NCBI GenBank assembly: GCA_963718615.1
Contig: OY970368.1
Span: forward strand, 1,984,001 to 2,048,000
Source of the DNA: an uncultured cyanobacterium
GTDB lineage: Bacteria > Cyanobacteriota > Cyanobacteriia > PCC-9006 > JAAUQQ01
Direction of reading: 5' to 3'
DNA length: 64,000 nt
In this document: positions 8,982 to 19,796 of the stretch, piece by piece
Layout: each line of letters starts with the position of its first letter
Numbering within the stretch: position 1 is the first letter of the stretch
The notes under the pieces: model-generated
Told to the model about the DNA's origin: nothing
Databases searched by the model: none
What the model saw: the letters and a program-made list of their open reading frames with translations, nothing else
Program-made: the position numbers and the translations under genes

Positions 8982-11300
8982 ATGAAAAACCTACCCCTGC
9001 TCACACTCCTCCTCACCAGCATCCTCATCACCACCACCACCCTCCCCATCCTCCACCATCCCCCCCAATCCATCCTCCTCGCCCAAACCCCACCCCAAGA
9101 CCCCCCACCCCAAGATCCCCCACAAGCCCCCAGCGAATTTTCCTATCGCTTCTATGACCAAAACATCCCCCTCACCCTCCACCCCGATCAGATCGCAGTC
9201 GAATTCAAACCCCAACCCCGTGACAGCACTAGGGGCAATACGGGCACTCGGGGCACCGATACCCGCCCCCATTATCTCAAACTCCAAGACACCCTCCAAA
9301 ACACCCTCCAAACCACCGAACCCAGCCCCAGCCGCGCCCCAACTCGTTCCACCGCCCCTCAGATTACCGTACAACCTCTAGGCACCCGCTACGCCCTCAT
9401 CACCTTACCCAAAACCCGCAGCCGCAGCCTAGAAGACCGCCTCACCCAAAGCCTAGAAGCCCCCTACATCACCGGACAGCTCCCGGTCTTTCAACGCCCC
9501 AATCAGCAAACGTCCATCGTCCTCCCCAACGAAATCGTCGTCAGCGTCGAACCCGACCTCTCCCCCAGCCAAACCGCAGCCACCCTCGATCGCTTTGGCC
9601 TCGACATCATTCGCCCCCTGCGCTTTAGCCAAAACAAATACCTCGTCAAATCCCGCAAAGACAGCGGCACCCATATTCTCAGAGTCGCCCAGCAACTCAC
9701 CACCCTGAGCGGCATCCAATCCGCCACCCCCAATTTTGTCCAATCCGTTGCCTACGGCGTCAACCCGCTCAACCTAGACGATGCCCGCTGGCTCAATCCA
9801 GCCCAAAATCCGCCAGACATCGGCCCCGCCAGCGCCATCGACTTTAGCAAACTCACCCCCCGCCAATCCAGCCAATCCGATCAATCCACCGACCCCGCCC
9901 AAAATCCCCTCCTCGCCCTCGCTTGGCACCTCGATAGCCGCCCCCTACAAAAACTGGCCCTACCAAGAACAGATGTTCATGCAACCGAAGCCTGGGAAGC
10001 GGGTCAGCAGGGCCAAGGCACCGTCGTTGCCGTGATCGATAGCCTCATTCAATGGGATCATCCCGACCTAGCCGCCAATCTTTACACCCTGGGGGATGAC
10101 GTGACCGATAAACTCCCCGGTGAAACCCAGGGTTGGGATTTTACGGAAGATGAAGCTGGTGACTGCGATTCGGCAGAAGCCGATGATTGTAGTTTGGGTG
10201 ATCCAGATACCCGCATTAGCGAGACAGAACTGGAGGTTTTGCGATCGCATTTCCAAAACACCTTCGCATTATCCGACGAGGCACTGCTCGCAACCTATGA
10301 GGAATGGGTAGAGAGCCTACGCAGCGAGGATGCTGACCTCTCCGATCGCCAAATAGCCAACCTGATTCGCAATTACATTCGTGACGATATTGCAGGAGAA
10401 TTTCATGGTACCTGGTCTGCGGGGGTGATTGCGGCATCTCCGGCGAGCGCGATCGGAGCGGTGGGCGTTGCCCCCAAGGCAAAAATTTTACCCGTGCGCG
10501 TCTTTGGCCTGGGGGGCAGTATTACATCAGCCGGATTGATTGAGGCGATCGGCTACGCCGCCGAGCGGGGCGCAGATGTGATCAACATGAGCCTCGGCAG
10601 TTTGTTGCCCGATCAAGACCTCACCGATCAAGTGTTCTCTGTCTTAGATAAACATCCCAACTTAGTGATCGTCGCTGCCGCAGGCAATGAAAACCTAGAT
10701 GGCGTCGGTTTTCCAGCAGCGATTCCGGGGGTTGTATCCGTTGGGGCCACAAATCTAGCAGGGCAACGGACGTCTTATAGCAGTTTTGGAGGACAGCTAG
10801 ATGTAGTTGCACCAGGGGGCGATCAGTCACAGCGACCCAGTGGTGGCATTTTGACCACGGGAGGGACGGGCTCAGAGGCTTGGTGGCAGGGGATTGATCC
10901 CCCTAAAACGGCGTGGGGTCCCTCGCTGGATCCACGGGGACAATATGTGCAGGTTCAGGGGACATCGTTTTCTGCACCGACGGTTGCGGGTGTGTTGGCC
11001 TTGATGCGCAGTGCGGATTTGAGCCATGCGTTGAGTCGTCAACAACTGCTTGAAATTTTACAGGAGACGGCCAGTTATAGCAGCCTCAGATTGACCCAGG
11101 CGGATAAGAATCACTATCGGTTGCAGAAAGAGATTGGCTTCGGCACGGTTTTCGCTTTCCCGCTTTCCCGTCCCTCAGGAATTCATGAACGGCCTGAGGC
11201 GATTTCACCAGAGCGGTACTATTTCGGCTGGGGATTGGTGAATGCGGCAGCGGCAGTCGAACAAGTGTTGCAGCGGGGGTCAGGTCGACAGTCCCCATAA
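8982..11300 (+). CDS. Secreted S8 (subtilisin-like) serine peptidase
   Basis: Signal peptide; catalytic motifs VAVIDS...HPDL, FHGTWSAGVIAA and GTSFSAP. Confidence 0.92.
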   Translation: MKNLPLLTLLLTSILITTTTLPILHHPPQSILLAQTPPQDPPPQDPPQAPSEFSYRFYDQNIPLTLHPDQIAVEFKPQPRDSTRGNTGTRGTDTRPHYLKLQDTLQNTLQTTEPSPSRAPTRSTAPQITVQPLGTRYALITLPKTRSRSLEDRLTQSLEAPYITGQLPVFQRPNQQTSIVLPNEIVVSVEPDLSPSQTAATLDRFGLDIIRPLRFSQNKYLVKSRKDSGTHILRVAQQLTTLSGIQSATPNFVQSVAYGVNPLNLDDARWLNPAQNPPDIGPASAIDFSKLTPRQSSQSDQSTDPAQNPLLALAWHLDSRPLQKLALPRTDVHATEAWEAGQQGQGTVVAVIDSLIQWDHPDLAANLYTLGDDVTDKLPGETQGWDFTEDEAGDCDSAEADDCSLGDPDTRISETELEVLRSHFQNTFALSDEALLATYEEWVESLRSEDADLSDRQIANLIRNYIRDDIAGEFHGTWSAGVIAASPASAIGAVGVAPKAKILPVRVFGLGGSITSAGLIEAIGYAAERGADVINMSLGSLLPDQDLTDQVFSVLDKHPNLVIVAAAGNENLDGVGFPAAIPGVVSVGATNLAGQRTSYSSFGGQLDVVAPGGDQSQRPSGGILTTGGTGSEAWWQGIDPPKTAWGPSLDPRGQYVQVQGTSFSAPTVAGVLALMRSADLSHALSRQQLLEILQETASYSSLRLTQADKNHYRLQKEIGFGTVFAFPLSRPSGIHERPEAISPERYYFGWGLVNAAAAVEQVLQRGSGRQSP

Positions 11301-11321
11301 CACCCTAAAGCAAAGCATCAC

Positions 11322-12509
11322 TCAAGCCCGCGACAACCTCTGCATTGCTTTACCTTGCAATCGCTCATGGGTTTCTGCCAGTAATTGCGGGATCCGGTCT
11401 GCATAGGGACTCTGTTGCAAACAATCGCTCAGATCGTATTGCTCAACCTCTCCCGCTTGCTGCCCCGCAAACCAATGCCCCCCACGGCCCAATAAATTGT
11501 ACCGAGCCTTGCAAAACTCCTCCATGTCGTAGGCCAGGAGCAAATTGCGCAGCCACAAAATCGTGTGAATATTGATATGGCCAGGAACTTCTGATTCCTG
11601 AGGTAAACCCACATCCCAGGTTTGATACCAGGTTTTGCCGAGGATGGCGATCGCCTCCTCCTCCAATCGTTCCAGAATTGGCGGCAAAATCTCATCCGCC
11701 TGATCCAACAGCGCCAGAACCTCCAAATGCCGGTCAAAATCACTCGGCCTAGCAGCCCCTAAACTCAGCGTATGCACCTCAGGATGACTCAAACAAAATA
11801 GATCGTTAAAGACCATCGGATGCAACGGCTGGCATAGTTCAATCAGCTTTTGTGGAGGATTATAGAGATGTCCACCCTTATCGGAGGGACTGATAATAAA
11901 CACCCCCATATCCTGTTGTTTTGCCGCTGCGATCGCAGGCCAATTCGTTTGATTAATGTAGTACCAATGGAGATTGACATAATCAAAACGACCTGAGGCG
12001 ATCGCCTCCACAATCACCTCCGTCGGTGCATGGGTTGAAAAGCCAATATGCTTGACTTTGCCCTCAGCTTTGAGCCGATAGGCTTCATCCAAACAGCCGC
12101 CGGACCGGAGACTCCAGTCCAGAATCTCGCGGGTATTAATCCCATGCAGGGCAAACAAATCAACGTAATCGAGTTGGAGAAGCGATAGGGATGTTTCAAA
12201 ATCTTGGCGGAAGTCACGAGCCTCAGGCGTTGGCGAAACCTTGGTTTGGCAAATCAATTGCGCTCGGGGAAACTGCGGTAGGACAAAGCCAAGCTGCATC
12301 TCCGATGAACCGTAGCCCCGTGCCGTTTCAATGTGAGTAATGCCCAGGTCCCAAGCTTGTCGAATCGTGGCTTCTAAGTTCTTTTGATTGTCATCGGCAA
12401 TCTGGTTGGGACTCACATCTTGCCAAGCCTGCTGATACCGCATTCCCCCACAGGAGAAGACCGGCATCGGCAATTCTGTCCGCCCGAAGCGTCGATAGAG
12501 CATGGTCAT
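11322..12509 (-). CDS. Aldo/keto reductase family protein
   Basis: YRRFGRTELPMPVFSCGGMR, HIETARGYGSSE, IGFSTH. Confidence 0.9.
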   Translation of the reverse strand: MTMLYRRFGRTELPMPVFSCGGMRYQQAWQDVSPNQIADDNQKNLEATIRQAWDLGITHIETARGYGSSEMQLGFVLPQFPRAQLICQTKVSPTPEARDFRQDFETSLSLLQLDYVDLFALHGINTREILDWSLRSGGCLDEAYRLKAEGKVKHIGFSTHAPTEVIVEAIASGRFDYVNLHWYYINQTNWPAIAAAKQQDMGVFIISPSDKGGHLYNPPQKLIELCQPLHPMVFNDLFCLSHPEVHTLSLGAARPSDFDRHLEVLALLDQADEILPPILERLEEEAIAILGKTWYQTWDVGLPQESEVPGHINIHTILWLRNLLLAYDMEEFCKARYNLLGRGGHWFAGQQAGEVEQYDLSDCLQQSPYADRIPQLLAETHERLQGKAMQRLSRA

Positions 12510-12527
12510 CGTAATTGGAATGCCCCT

Positions 12528-13910
12528 CTATTGTAAGGATTCTAATTCCCGAATCAAACCAAACAATGCCCGCATCCCCATGGCTTCGCCCCCCTCCGGA
12601 CGACCCGGCAGATTGCGCAGATTCCAAGCCATAAAATCGATGTGAATCCAGGGAACCTCGGGCTTAACAAACTCCTGCAAAAAGAGCCCCGCCGTAATTG
12701 CCCCGCCATAGGCCCCGCCAGAAATATTGCAAATATCCGCAACCTTGCTATCGAGCATCGAGCGATAGGGTGCATGTAGCGGCAACTCCCAAAGCGGGTC
12801 ATCCACCGCTAGCCCCGCTGCCTTGAGGGCTGCTGCCGTTTCCGAGCGATTACAGAAAAAGGCCGGTAGCTCCGTTCCCAATGCCACCCGTGCCGCCCCC
12901 GTCAGCGTCGCGCAATTGACCAGCAGTGCTGGGTCCTCGCTGCTGGCTTCCCAGAGCAAATCGCCCAGGACCAACCGGCCTTCGGCATCGGTATTGCCAT
13001 TTTCCACCGTGATACCTTTGCGGGTTGATACCACATCTGAAGGCCGCATGGCATTGCCATCAATGCTATTTTCCACCGCGCCCACCAAAACTCGCAGTTG
13101 GATCGGTAACTGCATCATTGTGATCAGCTTGGCCAATCCCAAGACTTGAGCCGCGCCGCCCATGTCTTTTTTCATCAGCTTCATTCCCGCAGCGGTTTTC
13201 ATATTGAGCCCGCCCGTATCAAAGCAAACCCCTTTGCCCACCAGCGTAATCAGCGGCCCCGAGGTGCCCCAGCGCAGATCAATCACCCGAGGCGGATTTA
13301 CCGAGGCCCGACCGACGGCGTGGACCATGGGATAGTTTTGCGTCAGCAAATCCTCGCCCACAATTACATTGATCTCCATCCCTTGCTCAGTGGCTAGGGC
13401 GCGAGCCGCTGCCTCTAGATCTGCCGGTCCCATGTCATTGACGGGGGTGTTGATCAGATCCCGCACCAAAGCGGTTGCCGTCACGGTTGCTTCGATCAAG
13501 GCTTGATCCGCGTTGCTGGGGGAAATGAGTTCGGGACGGGAATAAGGGCGATCGCCCTTATTCCTATCGCTCTTATTCCGATCCCCCTTATAGCGATCAA
13601 ACTGATACTGCCCCAATCGCCAGCCCATACACAGCCGCGTCGCCAAATCCGCTTCCAGAGGTTCCGTCAGTTGATATTGCCAAGGGGGTAATGACTGGGC
13701 CAAGCCCGCCAGCGACCAAGTGTCCCAGGATGTTGGTCTCCCCACTAAAACCAGGGTGATGCTCCCCCCCGCTAGGGCAGGCAACACACAAAAGCTACCG
13801 GGCTTCGCCGTGAACTGCGCGGCCTCAAACCAAGCCTGATAGTCTCCGTATTGTGCCTGGAGCTGGGATTCTTCAACAAAAATCAGGGAAATCGGAGCAG
13901 ACGAAGCCAT
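12528..13910 (-). CDS. pepB: Leucyl aminopeptidase (M17 family)
   Basis: VGKGVCFDTGG, MKKDMGGAA, NTDAEGRL; start placed at ATG 13910. Confidence 0.9.
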   Translation of the reverse strand: MASSAPISLIFVEESQLQAQYGDYQAWFEAAQFTAKPGSFCVLPALAGGSITLVLVGRPTSWDTWSLAGLAQSLPPWQYQLTEPLEADLATRLCMGWRLGQYQFDRYKGDRNKSDRNKGDRPYSRPELISPSNADQALIEATVTATALVRDLINTPVNDMGPADLEAAARALATEQGMEINVIVGEDLLTQNYPMVHAVGRASVNPPRVIDLRWGTSGPLITLVGKGVCFDTGGLNMKTAAGMKLMKKDMGGAAQVLGLAKLITMMQLPIQLRVLVGAVENSIDGNAMRPSDVVSTRKGITVENGNTDAEGRLVLGDLLWEASSEDPALLVNCATLTGAARVALGTELPAFFCNRSETAAALKAAGLAVDDPLWELPLHAPYRSMLDSKVADICNISGGAYGGAITAGLFLQEFVKPEVPWIHIDFMAWNLRNLPGRPEGGEAMGMRALFGLIRELESLQ

Positions 13911-14045
13911 AAATTGTGCCAATCTTGAACGAACGCAAGTCAACCGCTGCCTAGTATAGCCCGAGACTCTGCTTCCCCATGCCCACAGAGCGAGGCTGAA
14001 GGGGTAAGATGCAAGCGTGTCCCACTAGAGCTGGCTAGGGAAGAA

Positions 14046-15599
14046 ATGCGCGCGATCGATCAAATTGTCGTCACCGCCGGACAAATGCGGTCCATTGAGA
14101 GCCGAATCTTTGAGGCAGGGATGCCTGTTGCGGCGCTGATGGAAAAGGTCGCGGGCCTAGTTGCTAGGCGAATTCAACAGCTGTATCCCGTTGCCACCGC
14201 GCCCCGTGTGGGGGTGCTGGTGGGTCCTGGCCACAATGGGGCAGATGCCCTGGTGATTGCACGGGAGTTGATGTTTCGAGGATACCAGGTGGCGGTTTGG
14301 TCGCCCCTGCAAAAGCAGAAAGAACTGACGGCGAACCATGCCCACTATCTCAAAAGTTTGAATGTTCGCTGGATTGATCAAATAGCTGAATTTAATCCAC
14401 CGGATATGTGGATCGATGGGCTCTTTGGCTTTGGCTTAGAAAAACCGGTGACGGGAAAAGTCGCGGGGGGCATTGATTGGGTGAACCAGAGCGATCGCCC
14501 CATTCTCAGCATCGATCTGCCCTCCGGGTTGCACACGGATACCGGCGTGGTCCTGGGCACAGCCATTCGAGCCACCCGCACCTTTTGCTTGGGCCTCTGG
14601 AAACTGGGGCTGATTCAGGATCCGGCCTTAGATCTGGTGGGTGAGCTAGAACTGATTGATTTTGATATTCCAGAGGCGGATATTGAGGCGGTGCTGGGCG
14701 AAACGCCAGCGGTCCGGCGGATTACGGGGGCGATCGCCCAGGCGGCTCTGCCCTGGCCTCTGTCTCGCGCCACTCACAAATATCGCCGAGGCCACATGTT
14801 GCTGATTGCCGGGTCCCACCGTTACCGGGGGGCAGTGATTCTGGCGGCGATGGGGGCGCGGGCCAGTGGCGTGGGGATGTTGTCGATCGCGGTGCCTGAG
14901 TCCATGGTGACGGAAGTCGCGGCGCAGTTACCGGAAGCCCTGATTATTGGCTGTCCGGAGACGGAGAATGGGGCGATCGAAATTTTGCCCGATGCGGTCA
15001 ATCCCGATAGCTTTAATGCGGTGGCCTGTGGACCGGGCTTGAGTTTAGAATCGGGAGCTGTGCTGGATCAGGTGCTCAAAACCCAGCGGCCCTTGGTCTT
15101 AGATGCGGATGGCTTGAATTTGCTGGCGCGGCGCAAAGCGGTCAAAACCCTGCGGATCCGCCAGAAAAATGGCTTTGGTTCGCCGTTGACGGTCCTGACG
15201 CCCCATCCCGGTGAGTTTGAGCGGCTGTTCCCCGATGAAGTTGAAACCGGTGCCCCGGCCTATTCCCTCGCCCGCAAGGTGGCCGAGATGACCGGCGTGG
15301 TAATCGCCCTCAAGGGGGGATGCATGGTGGTAGCGCGGCCCAAGGGACCGTCCTGGATTAATCCGGAGAGTACCCCTGCCCTGGCACGGGGGGGGAGTGG
15401 CGATGTCTTGACCGGGCTGATGACGGGGTTGATGGCGATCGCCGCCGCCCAAATGAAAGATCCTGAAGCCGTGATCAAAACCGCCGTTTGGTGGCATGCC
15501 CAGGCTGGGCGATATGCGGCCCGACAGCGCACAATATTAGGGGTTGATGCCTGGACGTTGAGCCAGTCGCTGATTCCTGCCCTTGCCGAATTGATATGA
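14046..15599 (+). CDS. nnr: Bifunctional NAD(P)HX epimerase/dehydratase
   Basis: GPGHNGAD, SIDLPSG, VLDADGLN, TPHPGEF, ARGGSGDVLTG. Confidence 0.93.
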   Translation: MRAIDQIVVTAGQMRSIESRIFEAGMPVAALMEKVAGLVARRIQQLYPVATAPRVGVLVGPGHNGADALVIARELMFRGYQVAVWSPLQKQKELTANHAHYLKSLNVRWIDQIAEFNPPDMWIDGLFGFGLEKPVTGKVAGGIDWVNQSDRPILSIDLPSGLHTDTGVVLGTAIRATRTFCLGLWKLGLIQDPALDLVGELELIDFDIPEADIEAVLGETPAVRRITGAIAQAALPWPLSRATHKYRRGHMLLIAGSHRYRGAVILAAMGARASGVGMLSIAVPESMVTEVAAQLPEALIIGCPETENGAIEILPDAVNPDSFNAVACGPGLSLESGAVLDQVLKTQRPLVLDADGLNLLARRKAVKTLRIRQKNGFGSPLTVLTPHPGEFERLFPDEVETGAPAYSLARKVAEMTGVVIALKGGCMVVARPKGPSWINPESTPALARGGSGDVLTGLMTGLMAIAAAQMKDPEAVIKTAVWWHAQAGRYAARQRTILGVDAWTLSQSLIPALAELI

Positions 15600-16357
15600 C
15601 GAACAAAATTTTAGCCGTTGTCCACCAGGAAACCTCTAGCACGGGCTTGGTGGGCGAGTTGCTCCAACAACGGGGCTATGACGTTGAGCAATGCTGCCCG
15701 GCCTTGGGGGACAGGCTGCCCATGGCGCTAGAGCGCTATGCTGGGGCGATGGTGTTTGGGGGGCCTATGAGTGCCAACGATGAGCACCTGCCCTTCATTC
15801 GCCAGGAATTGGATTGGTTGCCACAGGTTTTAGCGGCCCGTTGTCCCTTCCTTGGGATCTGCCTCGGTGCGCAGTTGCTCAGCCGCGTCCTGGGAGGGCA
15901 AGTGGGTCCCCATCCCGAGGAAACGCGAGAAATTGGCTATTTCCCCATTCGGCCCACGGCAGCGGGCCAGGAACTCTTTGGACAACCGCTCTGGGTCTAC
16001 CACTGGCATGGTGAAGGGTTTGAGGTCCCTGACGGGGCCGTGCAGCTTGCCGAAGGAGATTTATTTCCCAACCAAGCCTTTCGCTACGAGCGCCAAGCCT
16101 ACGGTCTCCAATTTCATCCCGAAATGACCCAATCTCTTATGGTGCAGTGGATCGAACGGGCGGGCGAACAGCTCATCTTCCCCGGTGCTCAATCGGCTCC
16201 TGAGCATTTCGCAGGGCAGACTCGCTATGGTCCAGCCGTAGAAGCTTGGCTCAATCGTTTTTTGGACCACTGGCTGGGGTTGCGATCGCCTACCGCAGTC
16301 GCCCAGACTTGTCCACCGGCTCCGCTTTCAAACAAAGTTCAGAGGTCAAGGCCGTAG
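15596..16357 (+). CDS. Class I glutamine amidotransferase-like protein
   Basis: FGGPMSAND, LGICLGAQ, GLQFHPE catalytic triad motifs. Confidence 0.9.
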   Translation: MTNKILAVVHQETSSTGLVGELLQQRGYDVEQCCPALGDRLPMALERYAGAMVFGGPMSANDEHLPFIRQELDWLPQVLAARCPFLGICLGAQLLSRVLGGQVGPHPEETREIGYFPIRPTAAGQELFGQPLWVYHWHGEGFEVPDGAVQLAEGDLFPNQAFRYERQAYGLQFHPEMTQSLMVQWIERAGEQLIFPGAQSAPEHFAGQTRYGPAVEAWLNRFLDHWLGLRSPTAVAQTCPPAPLSNKVQRSRP

Positions 16358-16550
16358 CCTGTAGGGAGCATAGGCCCCAAATGATGCCTAGAATTTCTAA
16401 GCCCATTTGAATTGAAGTCGGGGTATGAATAAATCCCCAAATTAACAGAATGACTCCGGCAACCAGGGCGGCAATCTGAGGTACATCTTCACGTTGACGG
16501 AGGGCAATTGCAGTGATCCCCAGCCCGATCGCAAATAGTACAAGATACAT
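16290..16550 (-). CDS. Small membrane protein
   Basis: Three short hydrophobic segments; GGAGG upstream of the ATG. Confidence 0.55.
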   Translation of the reverse strand: MYLVLFAIGLGITAIALRQREDVPQIAALVAGVILLIWGFIHTPTSIQMGLEILGIIWGLCSLQATALTSELCLKAEPVDKSGRLR

Positions 16551-16688
16551 AAGCCGCCTCCGCCCGTAGGCTGCGCTGAAGTTGTCATTCTTCTCCAGTG
16601 AACCTTAGAAGTCTCTATGCGTGCCATAGACGGCAATAAAACTTATGGTGCTGATGACATCTAAGATTAAAGATTTTAAAGATCAAGG

Positions 16689-18176
16689 CTAGGCATTCAT
16701 TTGAATAATTCCCATCATGCCGCGATCTTCGTGATCTAAGATATGGCAGTGATACACCGTTTTTCCTGGGAAATTGCGGAACTGAACGCGAATGATCACC
16801 TCCTCGTAGGCCCCGATATCCACCGTATCTTTCCAGGCGCGCAGGACCTCTGGCTGGCCATTGCGCTGGATGACCTGAAACGGATTGACATGGAGGTGAA
16901 AGGGATGATCCATGCTGGCGCGGTTGATGATTTTCCAGTCTTCTACGTCTCCTAATCGGGCTGAAACATCGATGCGATCGGCTTGAAAGGCTTGACCATT
17001 AATCAGAAAACCGGCCCCTCCCATGGGCGCAATGCCGTGATCCAAAATAAACGATCGCGATCGCACCGGTTCCGGTAATGCAGCCACTTCAATTAAAGTT
17101 TGAGGTAACCCTAACGCTGTGGAGCGATCGCTCACCTGGTAGTGAATCATTGCAACAACTTCCGGTTCCATCAGCGCCGCGATACCCGACATTTCCCGAT
17201 GGCGACCCTGTCCCATGGGACCCCTATCCTGCATCGCCCCCATCATGCCGAAGAGACCGCGATCGTAGGGGAGACTGAGGAGTTTGTAGGAACCCGGAAT
17301 GCCGTTGCCCGGTACCAGCAGCTCTGCCCGTTCACCGGGGGCGAGGCGAAGCGGACCCACGGGCGTGGGTTGGGCGATCGCGCCTCGATCGGTGGCGATC
17401 AAAAACCAGGGATGGTCTTGGAGCTGAAGCTGATAGATGCGCGAGGCCGAGGCATTCACCAGCCGTAAACGCAGCAATCCATTTTGGGGAAGCTGGAATG
17501 CGGGCTGAAGCTGACCGCTGACGGTGCGCAGGTGCCCTTCCCGGCCCCACATTTGCGCCATCATCTGGGGCGTGGCGCGATCGCCCTGGTCCGTGAGCTC
17601 AAAATCCTGGAGGACCAGTAAGGCTTCTGCCGCCTGCTGAATTTCCGGAATTTCGTCCAAATCTCCCCGCACCAGCAACACTCCCGCCAGTCCACCAAAG
17701 ACCTGCTCGGCCACGTGACCATGGTGATGGGGATGGTACCAGGCCGTAACCGCAGGATGGTCGGGGGGAATTTGAAACTCGTAGGTGAAGCGATCGCCCG
17801 CTGCCACAGCGCGAAAGACATTATCAATTTCCGGCGAAATATGCAGACCATGAAAGTGCAAATTCGTCGGTTGGTCCAGTTGATTCACCAAATGCAACCG
17901 CACCCGATCGCCGGGCCGGACTTCTAAAATTGGACCGGGTACCTGACCGTTGTAGGCCAAAAGCTGGGCATTGCGGTTCGCCAAGGTCACGGTCGTGGCT
18001 TGGGCCGTTAGCGTAGCTTCGAGCTGTCCGTCTTGGCTGCGCAGCCGCTCCCAGGGGCGGGGTCCGGAATCCTTGAGATTCTGTGGCTGGCGATCGCGAG
18101 GCCTTGCACCACATTGGGACAGCATCACTGCCCCGGTCACAGCCACAGTCCCGCCCAAAAATCTGCGTCGTTCCAT
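16689..18176 (-). CDS. Tat-exported multicopper oxidase
   Basis: RRRFL Tat motif; HFHG, WYHPH, HPFHLH and HCHILDHED copper motifs. Confidence 0.93.
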   Translation of the reverse strand: MERRRFLGGTVAVTGAVMLSQCGARPRDRQPQNLKDSGPRPWERLRSQDGQLEATLTAQATTVTLANRNAQLLAYNGQVPGPILEVRPGDRVRLHLVNQLDQPTNLHFHGLHISPEIDNVFRAVAAGDRFTYEFQIPPDHPAVTAWYHPHHHGHVAEQVFGGLAGVLLVRGDLDEIPEIQQAAEALLVLQDFELTDQGDRATPQMMAQMWGREGHLRTVSGQLQPAFQLPQNGLLRLRLVNASASRIYQLQLQDHPWFLIATDRGAIAQPTPVGPLRLAPGERAELLVPGNGIPGSYKLLSLPYDRGLFGMMGAMQDRGPMGQGRHREMSGIAALMEPEVVAMIHYQVSDRSTALGLPQTLIEVAALPEPVRSRSFILDHGIAPMGGAGFLINGQAFQADRIDVSARLGDVEDWKIINRASMDHPFHLHVNPFQVIQRNGQPEVLRAWKDTVDIGAYEEVIIRVQFRNFPGKTVYHCHILDHEDRGMMGIIQMNA

Positions 18177-18428
18177 AGACCGAATAGACCTAAACGGTTT
18201 TGTCTCTCCTACAACCAGCCTAAACCCTCCAGCCGTGGGGAGAGTCAAGTAATCTCTTAGATAAAGAAATTAAGGAACTTTGAAGCTTTATCTGAGGAAA
18301 GTATTTGATTAAACCGAAAAGACTTGGGTTTTAGAGGCGATCGCGTCAGAATAAAAATAAGCTTCGATCCCAAGACGAAGCGTTGCATTTATCCCCTCAG
18401 CAATTTGGGTTAATTTAGGGCGATTTGG

Positions 18429-18860
18429 ATGGATCTGCGCACCTGCTATCAAATTCTGGAGCTACGACCCGGTGTTTCTACCACCGAGCTGCGCCAGACC
18501 TATAGAGACCTCGTTCAGGTTTGGCATCCCGATCGCTTCTCCCACAATCCTCGGTTGCAGCGCAAGGCCGAGGCAAAACTCAGCCAAATCAACCAAGCCT
18601 ACGAAATCCTGGATACGGTTTCGGCCTCGTTGCCCCAACAGCGTCCCGTTCCAGTGCCCAACCGGGGCAAGTCCCGCAGGCATTCTCCCTTGAAAGGATG
18701 TATCACTGCGATGCTCATGCTATTGGGGCTGCTGGGGCTGCTTTTAATTCCCTTTTTTAGCGCTTATCTGATTTCGCTACAACCGACGCTGGTTGTACTA
18801 CCGATCGCCGGACTGATGGCCATTTTGGGCTACCAGCGCTGGGGGCGACGCTCGTTTTAG
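18429..18860 (+). CDS. J-domain (DnaJ-like) membrane protein
   Basis: WHPDRF and INQAYEIL; C-terminal TM helices. Confidence 0.88.
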   Translation: MDLRTCYQILELRPGVSTTELRQTYRDLVQVWHPDRFSHNPRLQRKAEAKLSQINQAYEILDTVSASLPQQRPVPVPNRGKSRRHSPLKGCITAMLMLLGLLGLLLIPFFSAYLISLQPTLVVLPIAGLMAILGYQRWGRRSF

Positions 18861-18889
18861 TTAGGAGGTAGCGAAGAATTAGCGAAGAA

Positions 18890-19393
18890 TTAGCGAGGGG
18901 ATGGATTGTCCAGAACATCTGAGACCTGGATGCTGCTGCGTGGTTTTTCCTTCATCGTCGGGTCGTCCGTCGCGTCCATGGCGGTTCCATCAGTTCCATT
19001 AATGGGCTCGGCGTAAAGCACTGCTGCTGTGCCTGCGTCAATATAGATGTGTTGCTCAGGAACGGTGGCACGATAAACCAAATTGCCATCATCGACCGCG
19101 AGAGAAATTTGGTAAGCAGGCATCGCAGCATAGGTTTCTGCGGCCTGAAGGGCGTTTTGTAAACTCACCGTTGCGAATTTTTGCAAGGTTGCCAGGGCCG
19201 CAGGGGTTTCCACGGCCTCTGGCGTCACGCTGGTGTTACTCGTGGGACTACTGCTGGCCGAGGGCTCTGCCTCAGTGTCTGAGGGCAAGGTTGAAGGGAT
19301 CTCTCCGGTTTGGGTAAAGGCGATCGAGGCGGCTCCCCCTGTTAAAAGAATTGCACCGATGGTCACTAGGGCGATTTTAGTCTGTTTCGACAT
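18890..19393 (-). CDS. PepSY domain exported protein
   Basis: Signal peptide; VSLQNALQAAE...DGNLVY...IDAGTAAVL...PRSSIQV. Confidence 0.75.
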   Translation of the reverse strand: MSKQTKIALVTIGAILLTGGAASIAFTQTGEIPSTLPSDTEAEPSASSSPTSNTSVTPEAVETPAALATLQKFATVSLQNALQAAETYAAMPAYQISLAVDDGNLVYRATVPEQHIYIDAGTAAVLYAEPINGTDGTAMDATDDPTMKEKPRSSIQVSDVLDNPSPR

Positions 19394-19796
19394 GGCTTCA
19401 ATGCCTCCGTAGCGTATCTGTTGCGGATCTGAGGTTCACCTTAGGGGGCAAAAGTGAAAAACCCGAGAAGACCATCGGTAGCCCAAAAATACAACCGAAT
19501 AGCAATATAGACATGCTAAACTACATTCATTCAAGCGTTAGTAACCGAGCAGTAGCGATGCAATCTCGATTGAATTAAATAGATAGACAATTTGTCAAAA
19601 CATGGCAATATTTCCAGATTTATCCCTTTTCTAAGAAAAATATTAAGATTATGGGGTGAAACTAGCCTATTTCGTGATTTGTCCTTAAGTTTTTAAATGA
19701 TTACATTCTTGTTGCTCGGGTAGGGGCGATCGCTCACTAGCCGTGATTCAGCAATCTAAGATTTAGTGATCTAAAAACAGCAATCCAAAAGCAACT

